A stretch of DNA of 62,689 bases, filler included, from a bacterium (GTDB lineage Bacteria > JAMORN01): assembly GCA_027063545.1 (NCBI GenBank). It is 11 parts of 11 records of this genome, joined end to end, with 100 filler letters (N's around TTAATTAATTAA, not from the genome) between each part and the next. Parts side by side here need not be neighbours in the genome. Positions count along the whole stretch, not along the records: positions 19,402 to 28,388 come from JAMORN010000117.1; positions 28,489 to 37,172 come from JAMORN010000118.1; 9 more parts are not named here. One strand, 5' to 3'. The position numbers were made by a program, and so were the translations under genes. Below are positions 22,018 through 31,585 of this stretch, piece by piece (position 1 is the stretch's first letter; every line of letters begins with the position of its first letter). A model generated the notes under the pieces. It saw only the letters and a program-made list of their open reading frames with translations, searched no databases and was not told where the DNA came from.

Positions 22018-22630
22018 TTTTTGTTCTCTCCATAATTTTGTTTTTTATAATTTTTAATAGTTTTTCTTTAAAATCTTTGAAATAAGAATTATCAATTTCT
22101 ATCATATGAATTATCTCATCAACTCTTTGTTTCTCTATCTTTACCTGTTCATAGTTATATTTATAATTTAATTCTATATGCTTTAAACTTCTGAACGGAT
22201 TATCTACTTCTTTTTCTTTTTCAATTTTTTGAATTATACTTTCTATTTTATTTCTCCTTTCTTTCAAAATAGTCAAACATTCATCATACTCAAACATAAA
22301 AAGATAATTTAAAGCCCATATAAATTCGAATTGACTATCCATTTTAAAATCAACAATTGCTCTTTTTACTAAATATTTTAGATATTCCTTTCCTTTATCT
22401 GTTATATAATATATAGTTCTATTTGGCTTTGAATATTCTACTATAAATTTAGATTTTACAAATTCCTTATTTGTCAGTCGTTTTAATGAATTGTAAATAG
22501 AAGCTTTAGAAATACTAATATATTTAAAAGGATAATAGTCTTTAAACATAATCTCTATTAAATAACCATGTAAAGGTAAAAAATTCACAATACCCAAAAC
22601 TACTAAATCTGTCTTTTCTTTTGCTTCCAT
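22007..22630 (-). CDS. PadR-family transcriptional regulator
   Basis: LVVLG...PLHGY...SIYNSLKRL...PNRTIYYITDKGKE. Confidence 0.88.
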   Translation of the reverse strand: MEAKEKTDLVVLGIVNFLPLHGYLIEIMFKDYYPFKYISISKASIYNSLKRLTNKEFVKSKFIVEYSKPNRTIYYITDKGKEYLKYLVKRAIVDFKMDSQFEFIWALNYLFMFEYDECLTILKERRNKIESIIQKIEKEKEVDNPFRSLKHIELNYKYNYEQVKIEKQRVDEIIHMIEIDNSYFKDFKEKLLKIIKNKIMERTKNEN

Positions 22631-22637
22631 ATTGTTA

Positions 22638-22669
22638 TAATATAAATTATACTAGTTTAAGTTATATTA
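22638..22669. promoter_or_regulatory. Imperfect palindrome upstream of padR, candidate operator
   Basis: TAATATAAATTAT-ACTAGT-TTAAGTTATATTA, 14 of 16 symmetric pairs, overlapping a minus-strand TATAAT. Confidence 0.4.
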
Positions 22670-22788
22670 ATATAAAATAAATTAAAAAAAATTTTTAATC
22701 AACTTTTTTGTTTATTTTTTTGAAATTAAATAATTTAAATATTATCTTTAATTAATTTAAAAAAAAATTGGGAGAGGGAGTAAAACGT

Positions 22789-25572
22789 ATGGCTCTAGCA
22801 TATTATTATATAAATGAATTTACAACCAAAGAAGAATTAAAATGGCAAATTGAAGAAATTAAAAATAATGGCTATGAAGGGCTTATCATATCAACTGCAA
22901 AAGGGTTAAATATTGGTTTTATATCCTGCGAATGGTTTAATATTACAAACTATATTCTCAAAGTAGCATCAAATTTAAAATTAGATGTATATATTTCAAC
23001 AGAGGGTGCTTACCCTACTAATGTATTAACAGATAAATATCTTAATGATATTATAGATTATAAGATATTTTTATATAATATTGAAGATATAATTTTATTT
23101 TCAACTATTAAAGATCTATCTAAACTGATAAAAGAAAAAAAAGACTATCTAATATATGCTGAAACTGGTAATAATCAATATTTATATATAGATAAAAAAA
23201 ATTCTAAAAATATAGATAAAGAAAAAATTAAAAAAATTTATTTAGTAAAAGAAAAAGCTATTGATTACACGCTATTTAGCTTATATCCTTTTAATTTATT
23301 TATCAAGAATACTGCTGAGGAATTCATAGAACATGTTTATAAAAGAAGTATAGAAGTATTTTCTAAATACAACTCTTTTAAAGGTTTCTTTGAACCGAGA
23401 GTTGTTCCATATCTTCATCAAAAAGATTCTATATATTATCATCCAGATATTGCAAAAAAATTTGAAAAAAAATACAATATAAAATTTAGTGAAATATTAA
23501 TGAATCTACTTCTCCCTCAAACAAAAAACGATCTAGATTTGAGAAAAAAATATATAAATTTTATTGAGGATATTTATTTAAAAAACTTTCTTTTGCCTAT
23601 TATTAACATAATTAATGAAAATAATCTTAAATTAATATTATTCTCTATAAATTATTCAAGAGATTCTGGAGAAAATTTGTATTTACATCCAACAATACTT
23701 CAAATATCGAAAAAGCATGCTCTTATAAAAGACAATATTAGTATTTCCTTTCCTATTATATATAATAGAAGTAATAACATTACAATACTCAATGCATTAA
23801 GCCTTCAAAATCTTTCATCTTTAGGCTTTGTTGATAAACCTATAGCACTAATTACTGATTTTTTCAATAGATATGATTTTTCACCTTCCAAAATGGTAAA
23901 TTTACAAAAAATGGCTATATTATTCAATATAAAGGAACATATTTTCTATTCTCATCTTTACTCTATAAAAGGATTTAGGAAGCACGATATAGCTCCAAAT
24001 ATATTTTATCAAAATTTATATTGGAAATATTTTAAATATAATAATCTTTTTTATCAAAGAATTAACAATATAAAAGATAAAAAACTGGAAAAAACTATAT
24101 ATAACACTATAATAGTTATACCAGATAATGTAAAACATTTACCTGCGGAATACACAAAACATCTTTATACTAATCTACTTCTATTAGTAGAAGAAGCTCT
24201 TGTCCACAATATATCTATATTTATTATTACAGAAGATTATCTTAAAGATATAAAACATAACGAAATAAAAAAAGATGATGATAGAATCTTGTTCTATTAT
24301 AGCCTAAAAGTTAACAAAAAAGAGATTAAATTTAACACATTATTTGTATTACTTCCATATCTAATGGAGGATAAAAATATAGAAATCTCTAAAAACTTGA
24401 AAGCTCACTATCTAAACATTGCAGAAATAGATAATATATTTCTTTCTGATAAATTAAGTTTTAATGAAAAAATTAGCTATATAAATGAATTCTATATTAT
24501 ATTTGATATAATAAAAAATACCCATAATGATCTAGGTTCAAAAATAAAAATACCATTAAATCACAATGATGTTATTGCACAAATTTATAATGAAAATTCT
24601 GAAGATGCAACAATTATAATGTATAATACTTCTGATACAATAGGTGAACTTCCTCTTACATATTCATATAAAAACCATGAATATACTATTTTAATAAAAT
24701 TAACTCCTAGAGAACTAAAAATTCTATCATTAAAAGATTTATTAAATTATAAAAATAAACCTGAGGAATTATCAAAATATAAAATAATTCTTAAAAATAA
24801 ATGGTTATTTCAACCTCAAGGATGTAATATTTTACCTCTAAATGAATGGGAGTTTAAAGTGGGGGGAGGAACTAGTGAAAATTTAGGAAGACTACACTTA
24901 TATAGAACTATATTTTATTCAACTAGTGAGTTTAAAAAATTAAATCTAATACTTGATGGTATATATAAAGAAAAAGATTTTACAGGAAGTACAAAACCTG
25001 TAAAAATAGAAATAAATAAAGAAGATATAAAAGAAGAGTTTAAGCCTTTAGACTTTGCCCATACTCTTTTTACTGTAGATATTTCTAAATATATAAGAAA
25101 AGGATATAATGAAATTGTTATAAAAACAAAGGGAAGTCATTTTACACCTGTAACTTTAAATGAACCTCAATATATTGTTGGAGATTTTATCGTAAAAGGT
25201 AAAGACGATAATAACAAATGGATAATAGACTCATCAACAACTCCTATTATTAACGGAGACTGGACACAATCAGGATACCCTTTCTTCTATGGTATTGCAA
25301 AACTAGAACAATATTTTGAACTACCTCAAAAAGAAGAGTTTAAGAAAGTATATATAGTATTTCAACATATTGAAAAGCCTTTTAGTTTTCAGATAAATGA
25401 AAAAGAAATTGTTGATGTACCTTTTGTAGAGGATAAAATTGAAATAACTGAATATGTGCAACAGGGGATAAACAAAATTACATTATATGTGCCTGCCTCT
25501 ATGTTGAATATATTTATAGGAAAAATGCAGAGTGAAGGGATATTAGGAGATATAAATATTGAAGTTATATAG
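22789..25572 (+). CDS. Divergent GH106 (alpha-L-rhamnosidase)-like large protein
   Basis: EELKWQIEE...G..G...GL...FIS.EWF N-terminal pattern, YSIKGFRKHDIAP...Q..YW, and GDWTQSGYPFFYG. A GAGGGAG RBS favours the ATG at 22789. Confidence 0.6.
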   Translation: MALAYYYINEFTTKEELKWQIEEIKNNGYEGLIISTAKGLNIGFISCEWFNITNYILKVASNLKLDVYISTEGAYPTNVLTDKYLNDIIDYKIFLYNIEDIILFSTIKDLSKLIKEKKDYLIYAETGNNQYLYIDKKNSKNIDKEKIKKIYLVKEKAIDYTLFSLYPFNLFIKNTAEEFIEHVYKRSIEVFSKYNSFKGFFEPRVVPYLHQKDSIYYHPDIAKKFEKKYNIKFSEILMNLLLPQTKNDLDLRKKYINFIEDIYLKNFLLPIINIINENNLKLILFSINYSRDSGENLYLHPTILQISKKHALIKDNISISFPIIYNRSNNITILNALSLQNLSSLGFVDKPIALITDFFNRYDFSPSKMVNLQKMAILFNIKEHIFYSHLYSIKGFRKHDIAPNIFYQNLYWKYFKYNNLFYQRINNIKDKKLEKTIYNTIIVIPDNVKHLPAEYTKHLYTNLLLLVEEALVHNISIFIITEDYLKDIKHNEIKKDDDRILFYYSLKVNKKEIKFNTLFVLLPYLMEDKNIEISKNLKAHYLNIAEIDNIFLSDKLSFNEKISYINEFYIIFDIIKNTHNDLGSKIKIPLNHNDVIAQIYNENSEDATIIMYNTSDTIGELPLTYSYKNHEYTILIKLTPRELKILSLKDLLNYKNKPEELSKYKIILKNKWLFQPQGCNILPLNEWEFKVGGGTSENLGRLHLYRTIFYSTSEFKKLNLILDGIYKEKDFTGSTKPVKIEINKEDIKEEFKPLDFAHTLFTVDISKYIRKGYNEIVIKTKGSHFTPVTLNEPQYIVGDFIVKGKDDNNKWIIDSSTTPIINGDWTQSGYPFFYGIAKLEQYFELPQKEEFKKVYIVFQHIEKPFSFQINEKEIVDVPFVEDKIEITEYVQQGINKITLYVPASMLNIFIGKMQSEGILGDINIEVI

Positions 25573-26749
25573 AGGGTTAGTTGGTTTAATTCTACTTTAT
25601 TTATTATTATGGGAACCCTCGTTTTATTATAATAAAAAAATAACTAAAATAATTAGATATAGATATTTTTTTCTAGAAACACCTTCTACTAAAATAGATA
25701 TAAAATTAAAAACAGTTGATTCGTTATCTAATTTTATTAAAATAGAAAAAATAAAATCATTTAAAGAATTACCGAAAGATCCTTATACAAAGAAGATTAT
25801 AATAACCGATGGATTTTTTAATTTTTATAATATTTTAAAAGACTCAAATATATATTTTTATCCTATAGGTATTCCGTTAGATATAGATTCTATAATCACA
25901 AAAATAAAGATAAATTTAAAAAAGAATAATAAAAAAATTATCATAAACAAAGATACTCTACTAATAAAAAATATAAATATCAATAAAAAAAGAATATCAA
26001 TCTTTATAGAAAAACCCAATTTTAATACTCGAGCTTTTATTTTTCTTTTAAAAGAGGTCTCTCCTGTTAATATTACATATACAAAAAAAATAAAACATGC
26101 AGATATAATTATAGGAAAAAACTCTTTAATTTCCAAATATCGTAAAAACCAAAGAAAGGTTATATTTTATATTCCATATAATAAAGATACTTTATACATT
26201 AAAGATAAGAAAAATTTAATAGTATTTTCTTCTAGTCTATATAAAAAATTATTAAAATCTAAACTTATTGGTAAAAAGGAACCTTTCATTGAAAAACTAA
26301 AAGATTACCTAATAATATTCACTTATCCTATTAACATAACAATTATTGAAGGTAAAATATTTGCAATATTCTATTCTAATAATGCAGATATTTCGTTAGT
26401 CTTTTATAATCATAATAATATATATAAAAATAATGAAATTTATTTTGTAAATAAATTTAATACAGATACTGTATATTTTAATGTATATTACAAAAACTTT
26501 TTAGTATCCTCTGAAAAATATGTTTTGGAAGATAAAAATCAAGAAAATAAAAATATATACTCAAATACAAGTTTTTTTAAAAATATAGAAGATAAAATTA
26601 TTAGAGATATATATAGTACCAAAAATTATAAGAAAAAAATTATAATAAATCAAACAATAAATCTGAAACTATACAACAATATCTTTATACTTCTAACAAT
26701 TTTAATTCTTTTATCCTTTATATGGATAAAAGAAAGGAATAACGGGTAA
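25559..26749 (+). CDS. Hypothetical membrane-anchored protein
   Basis: 396-aa ORF with N- and C-terminal TM helices; IIITDG may be a VWA-like remnant. Confidence 0.6.
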   Translation: MKLYRGLVGLILLYLLLWEPSFYYNKKITKIIRYRYFFLETPSTKIDIKLKTVDSLSNFIKIEKIKSFKELPKDPYTKKIIITDGFFNFYNILKDSNIYFYPIGIPLDIDSIITKIKINLKKNNKKIIINKDTLLIKNININKKRISIFIEKPNFNTRAFIFLLKEVSPVNITYTKKIKHADIIIGKNSLISKYRKNQRKVIFYIPYNKDTLYIKDKKNLIVFSSSLYKKLLKSKLIGKKEPFIEKLKDYLIIFTYPINITIIEGKIFAIFYSNNADISLVFYNHNNIYKNNEIYFVNKFNTDTVYFNVYYKNFLVSSEKYVLEDKNQENKNIYSNTSFFKNIEDKIIRDIYSTKNYKKKIIINQTINLKLYNNIFILLTILILLSFIWIKERNNG

Positions 26750-27425
26750 AAAAATTCAATAGTATGAAATATATTAAAATTATAAAGCTAGTATAATAAT
26801 TAATCTTCTCAATAAAGTTATTTTCTTCATTCATCCAGAAAAAATTTAATAGTACGTATAGAAAGATAATATTAAAAACTGTCATTTTTATAATACTACT
26901 ACCTCCTATGTAAGATAAAATAGAAAAAAACACTATAGAGTTTACTATAAAATAAAAATAACCAATAAACATTCTATTTTTCCATATTTTTATATTAAAT
27001 GTTATAAGAAGAGATCTTATATAATAAATTAAAATAGGAAGAAGTAGTAAGCTATATAAAATATTATCCAAACTAATAGCCAATAACCCTGAAAATATAA
27101 AGTTTAAAAATATAGAAAAAATATATTTTATATTCTTTGTTTCGTTGATATAATCTAATGCTCTAAAATTATCTAAAAAGAAAAAAATTCCTATAGCAAA
27201 ATAAGGATAAGCATCCTTATTTTCTATTATTCTAGACAATAGAAATAAAAATACTATTATCCAAGAAGCATTTACTATACCTATAAAAGTTAATAAATAG
27301 GAATTATTATAAATTATTTCCTTTCTAAAATCATTTTTGGGATAAAAGAAAAACAAAGGATTATAATAAGAAAAAGTTATTAAAAAATCTTGAAAGTAAT
27401 TTTTAATTCCCCTCCATATACCCAT
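26718..27425 (-). CDS. Hypothetical multi-pass membrane protein
   Basis: 235-aa hydrophobic ORF, translationally coupled to the upstream gene. Confidence 0.6.
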   Translation of the reverse strand: MGIWRGIKNYFQDFLITFSYYNPLFFFYPKNDFRKEIIYNNSYLLTFIGIVNASWIIVFLFLLSRIIENKDAYPYFAIGIFFFLDNFRALDYINETKNIKYIFSIFLNFIFSGLLAISLDNILYSLLLLPILIYYIRSLLITFNIKIWKNRMFIGYFYFIVNSIVFFSILSYIGGSSIIKMTVFNIIFLYVLLNFFWMNEENNFIEKINYYTSFIILIYFILLNFFTRYSFLLSI

Positions 27426-27961
27426 TAAATAATCCTTTTTATTAAAAGTTTATCATGATAATTTATATTTTTATCAAAAATTATAGAAAAAGCTTCTTCT
27501 ATAGAAGCTATGAAAGTATTATATAACTTATCATCCTTATCTAATCTCAATAATAATCCTCCATCCACTATCTTTAAATAAGATTCTGGTATAACTATAG
27601 ATTGACTCACTTGAAAACCCATATCAAGTAAAATATTAAATAATATAATAAATATTGGCACCTTTTTATTTACTTTATAAAGAACCCTATCCTCTTCTAA
27701 AAATAATTCTATATTTATTTCGCTATAGCTTATTTCATGATCATAATACAACCTAAATGGAATAAATTCGATATTTTTACCATCAAACTTAAAATAATAT
27801 AATCCTGTATTAAGTTGTTTTGTTTTTATAGAATCCTCTATTTCTTTTAATAAATATTCTGAATTTCTACTATAATACTTCTGAAAAAAATGTTTAAGGG
27901 AAGCAAAATCCCATATATAGAAATATTTATTCTCCCATATATATATAGGATAATAAAACAT
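27425..27961 (-). CDS. Hypothetical protein
   Basis: 178-aa ORF with a GAGG RBS, downstream of coaE. Confidence 0.6.
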   Translation of the reverse strand: MFYYPIYIWENKYFYIWDFASLKHFFQKYYSRNSEYLLKEIEDSIKTKQLNTGLYYFKFDGKNIEFIPFRLYYDHEISYSEINIELFLEEDRVLYKVNKKVPIFIILFNILLDMGFQVSQSIVIPESYLKIVDGGLLLRLDKDDKLYNTFIASIEEAFSIIFDKNINYHDKLLIKRII

Positions 27962-27976
27962 ATAAAACCTCTTAAC

Positions 27977-28388
27977 CTATTTTTTTAAATATTTTTTAGA
28001 TATATATTTTGATAAATTTTTTGCTTTTTCTTTAAAGTCTATTTCTACAAAATTGCTATATATAATAATAGATGAACTTCTCATTTTTTCTATATGGCTA
28101 ACTAAAAATGTTTCTCTTTTTTTATAATTCTCGATATTAACGTTTCTCTTTTCTTGTAATACTTTATAACGTAAGTTATTATCACTATAAATATAAATTA
28201 TTTCATCAAATAAATCACTTATATTCCATTCATATATTAAAGCTGCATCAATAATTAATATATCCCATTTCTTTTCACATAAAGCTATCTTCTCTTTTAA
28301 TTTATCTATCATTAAGGGGGCAATAAAATTTTGATATTTATAATAATTCTCAGAAGAAGAAAAAACCTTATCCCCTAAAATTTTTCTA
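27977..28388 (-). CDS. coaE: Dephospho-CoA kinase, C-terminal fragment
   Basis: The frame is open to the contig end: RKILGDKVFS...IAPL...IIDAALIYEW...FDEIIYI. Confidence 0.75.
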
Positions 28389-28488
28389 NNNNNNNNNNNN
28401 NNNNNNNNNNNNNNNNNNNNNNNNNNNNNNNNTTAATTAATTAANNNNNNNNNNNNNNNNNNNNNNNNNNNNNNNNNNNNNNNNNNNN
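28389..28488. other. Artificial contig linker
   Basis: N44-TTAATTAATTAA-N44. Confidence 0.98.
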
Positions 28489-28489
28489 C

Positions 28490-29329
28490 TCTGATCATGA
28501 TGGTATAGACGATAAACATGATAAATGTCCGTTCCAACCAGAAGATATAGATGGATTCCAAGACAAAGATGGTTGTCCTGATCCTGATAATGACCAAGAT
28601 GGTATTCCTGATGTTAAGGATAAATGTCCAGGTACTGATAAAACTGTAAAAGAAGGAAAAAACACAAGAGAAACATACAATGGTATAGATGATGAAGATG
28701 GTTGTCCTGAAGAGATAGTAGATAAAGATGGTGATGGTATAGATGATAAAGTTGATAAATGTCCATTACAACCAGAAGATATAGATGGATTCCAAGACAA
28801 AGATGGTTGTCCTGATCCTGATAATGACCAAGATGGTATTCCTGATGTGAAAGATAAATGTCCAGGTACTGATAAAACTGTAAAAGAAGGAAAAAATACA
28901 AAAGAAACATATAATGGTTTTGAAGATGAAGATGGTTGCCCTGATCAAAAACCTGTAATTAAAAAGCCACCTAAAAAGAAATTTATACCTCAAAGATTTA
29001 GATTAAAAGTATTTTTCAAAACTGGTAGTGCTAGACTTACACCTGATAGTTATCCTGCATTAAATGACTTATGTGCTAAGTTAAAAGCTAATCCAAAAGT
29101 TAAGATATTAATAGAGGGTCATACAGATAATAGAGGAAGCTTCAAATACAATATGAGACTCTCTAGAAGAAGAGCAATGGCTGTTAAAAGATATCTTGTT
29201 AAAAAATGTGGAATTGATCCTTCAAGAATTAAAACAAAAGGTTATGGACCAACAAAACCAATTGCTGATAACTCTACACCTGAAGGAAGAGAGTTGAATA
29301 GAAGAATTGAAGTTAAGAGACTTAACTAA
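28490..29329 (+). CDS. OmpA-family protein with thrombospondin type-3-like Ca-binding repeats, 5' truncated
   Basis: The frame is open from 28490 with DxDGI.D..DKCP and EDxDGFxDxDGCPD repeats. OmpA_C motifs: FKTGSA, IEGHTD, LSRRRA, NRRIE. Confidence 0.93.
   Translation, partial: SDHDGIDDKHDKCPFQPEDIDGFQDKDGCPDPDNDQDGIPDVKDKCPGTDKTVKEGKNTRETYNGIDDEDGCPEEIVDKDGDGIDDKVDKCPLQPEDIDGFQDKDGCPDPDNDQDGIPDVKDKCPGTDKTVKEGKNTKETYNGFEDEDGCPDQKPVIKKPPKKKFIPQRFRLKVFFKTGSARLTPDSYPALNDLCAKLKANPKVKILIEGHTDNRGSFKYNMRLSRRRAMAVKRYLVKKCGIDPSRIKTKGYGPTKPIADNSTPEGRELNRRIEVKRLN
28499..28944 (+). repeat. Intragenic tandem duplication with a 234-nt (78-aa) period
   Basis: 28499-28710 matches 28733-28944, including an 80-nt identical stretch CAACCAGAAGAT...CCTGATGT. 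Confidence 0.95.
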
Positions 29330-31577
29330 TATAAAACTCCCCTCTTGGCAACAAAAGCTAAGAGGGGAGATTTTTTTTATATTTTTTCTTTTAATCTTTT
29401 TTTACTCTAATGTATTTTCTTATTATAAAGTATGGGTGTTTTTCCATAGAAATTTATCAAGTAATCAGATAAATAATTTTCTTAAATCCCAAAAAATAAA
29501 AACAACATATATATCATATAATTTAAAAATAGCATCATGTTTTCTTAACAAAGATAATCTTAAAAGATTAAAAGAATATAAAAATTTTATAACAGGTTTT
29601 TCTTTAGTTAAATCATATAGATTTGATAATATTGTTCCTTTAAAAAAAAGTTTTTCTTACAATTTAGAGGTTGATGAAAAAAATCTTTGGAGAGAAAAAT
29701 TCTCTTCCCAGTTTTATTATCAATATAAATTTGGTGGAATAATCTCTTTTTTGAATTATTTTGACTTAGATACCTTAAAAAAAGTAAAAATAGGTGTTAT
29801 AGATGCTGGTTTTTTCTCAGATAATAAATCTTTTTCTAAAATAAATATAAAAGAAGTCAAAAACTTAACTCCTGAAGGATTAGATGAAGATGTCTCAGGA
29901 GCATCCCATGGAACCCTTGTTACTTCTTTAATAGGAGGATACTCTCCTTATCAAATCTATACATCTGGCATAGGTTGTGATTTTTATTTAGTGAAAACAG
30001 AAGTTAATAAATATGAGAGAATTATTGAAGAAGATTTTCTTCTTCACGGAATAGAATATCTTGCTGATACCATTGGTATAGATGTTATAAATATATCCTT
30101 AGGATATAATATATTTGATGATACAACTCAACATGATATACAACAATTAACAGGTGATTCTCTTGTTTTAGAAAAGGCTATAAACTACTACTTTTACAAT
30201 AAAGGGATTATTTTTACAATTGCTGCTGGTAATGAATATACTTCTGATTGGAAATATATTATTGTTCCTGCTGATGCTAAAGAGGCAATATCTGTTGGTA
30301 GTGTTAATTCAGATAGTATTCATTCTCTTTTTTCTTCGGTGGGAATTTCTGAGAATAATATTAAACCAAATGTTGTTTATTTGGGCGAAAATGTATCAGG
30401 CTTTAATGGAACAAATGATAATAGTTATATTGAAACAGCTTCTGGAACATCTTTAGCTTCTCCTTTAGTCTTAAATTATATAATACTAGCAAAAAGACTT
30501 CTTAATTTATCCCCTTTTGAAATAAAAGATAAACTATATAGAACTTCATCAAATTGGAATAATCCAAATTTAGTATATGGTTATGGAATACCTAATGCTT
30601 TCAAATTATTAAATGACTCTTCTAATATATTTGGCTTTGTTTTAGATAAAGATACAAAAAATCCTTTATATGGGGTAAAAATAAAATATAATAACAGAGA
30701 AATCCTTTCCTCAAGCGATGGTTTCTTTTATATAGGCGATCTTTCAGAAAAAAATATTTCTATCAAATTATCTTATCCTGGTTTTTATGATACTACCTAT
30801 GTTTTATCTACACTTTCTTTTGATTCTTTACTTTTAAGGAAAAAAATGAATACCTTAACATTATATCTTTACTATAATCAAAATACTCCTCTACTTACTT
30901 ATGCAAAAATTAAATATTTAGATGATAATAATAACACTATTGATTCTAGTTATTCTCTAAATGATTTCTCCTTTTTTATCCCTGAAAAATTTTCTAAAAT
31001 AAAAATAGAATATAATGACCCATTAACCCATTCTGTTATCACAAAAGTAATATCAAAAGACACATTATATAATGGAAAAAAAATATTTCTTATGCAGAAT
31101 ATTAAGATAATAACATTTTTAAATAACCTCAACAATCCTATAGATAATATGGACGTATCTATTATTTCTGGAAAAAAAATTATTAACTTAAAAACTGATC
31201 AAAATGGAAAAGTTATTATATTATATGATGATATAAATTCTTTTAATTTTTCTGTAAAAACAAACTCAAACATATACGAAAATATTATAGTTAATATGTC
31301 ATTTTCTTCTGAAGATACAACAATTTTTTTAAATATAAAACCTTATATTTACCCAAATCCTGCTATAGGAGACCAAAATATTTATATAAGAAGTGAAGAT
31401 AATGATGAAATTTTTATTGTAAATTCTAATGGTAGAATTTTAGATTTAAACCTTGTCTATAATCCTATTGAAAAGAGTTTTATACTAAACTCCTTTGATT
31501 TATCCTCAGGTGTTTATTATATTATAATCAAAAGAGGGGAGAAAAAATTTAGAAAAAAAATTTTAGTAATTAAGTAA
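29307..31577 (+). CDS. Secreted S8 subtilisin-like serine protease with a C-terminal secretion-type domain; start uncertain
   Basis: Catalytic triad IGVIDAGF / SHGT / SGTSLASP, oxyanion motif AAGNE; C-terminal IYPNP...LSSGVYY...KKILVIK. Confidence 0.9.
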   Translation: MKLRDLTNIKLPSWQQKLRGEIFFIFFLLIFFYSNVFSYYKVWVFFHRNLSSNQINNFLKSQKIKTTYISYNLKIASCFLNKDNLKRLKEYKNFITGFSLVKSYRFDNIVPLKKSFSYNLEVDEKNLWREKFSSQFYYQYKFGGIISFLNYFDLDTLKKVKIGVIDAGFFSDNKSFSKINIKEVKNLTPEGLDEDVSGASHGTLVTSLIGGYSPYQIYTSGIGCDFYLVKTEVNKYERIIEEDFLLHGIEYLADTIGIDVINISLGYNIFDDTTQHDIQQLTGDSLVLEKAINYYFYNKGIIFTIAAGNEYTSDWKYIIVPADAKEAISVGSVNSDSIHSLFSSVGISENNIKPNVVYLGENVSGFNGTNDNSYIETASGTSLASPLVLNYIILAKRLLNLSPFEIKDKLYRTSSNWNNPNLVYGYGIPNAFKLLNDSSNIFGFVLDKDTKNPLYGVKIKYNNREILSSSDGFFYIGDLSEKNISIKLSYPGFYDTTYVLSTLSFDSLLLRKKMNTLTLYLYYNQNTPLLTYAKIKYLDDNNNTIDSSYSLNDFSFFIPEKFSKIKIEYNDPLTHSVITKVISKDTLYNGKKIFLMQNIKIITFLNNLNNPIDNMDVSIISGKKIINLKTDQNGKVIILYDDINSFNFSVKTNSNIYENIIVNMSFSSEDTTIFLNIKPYIYPNPAIGDQNIYIRSEDNDEIFIVNSNGRILDLNLVYNPIEKSFILNSFDLSSGVYYIIIKRGEKKFRKKILVIK
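29337..29378 (+). terminator. Rho-independent terminator after ompA
   Basis: CTCCCCTCTTGGC-AACAAAA-GCTAAGAGGGGAG, a 13-bp stem with one G-U, followed by A-T8. Confidence 0.8.
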
Positions 31578-31585
31578 AATATTTT

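Noticed and set aside
28495..28993. Minus-strand ORFs and the direct repeats as a possible array or mobile element
   Set aside because: They are antisense shadows of the in-frame TSP3 repeats of the OmpA gene.
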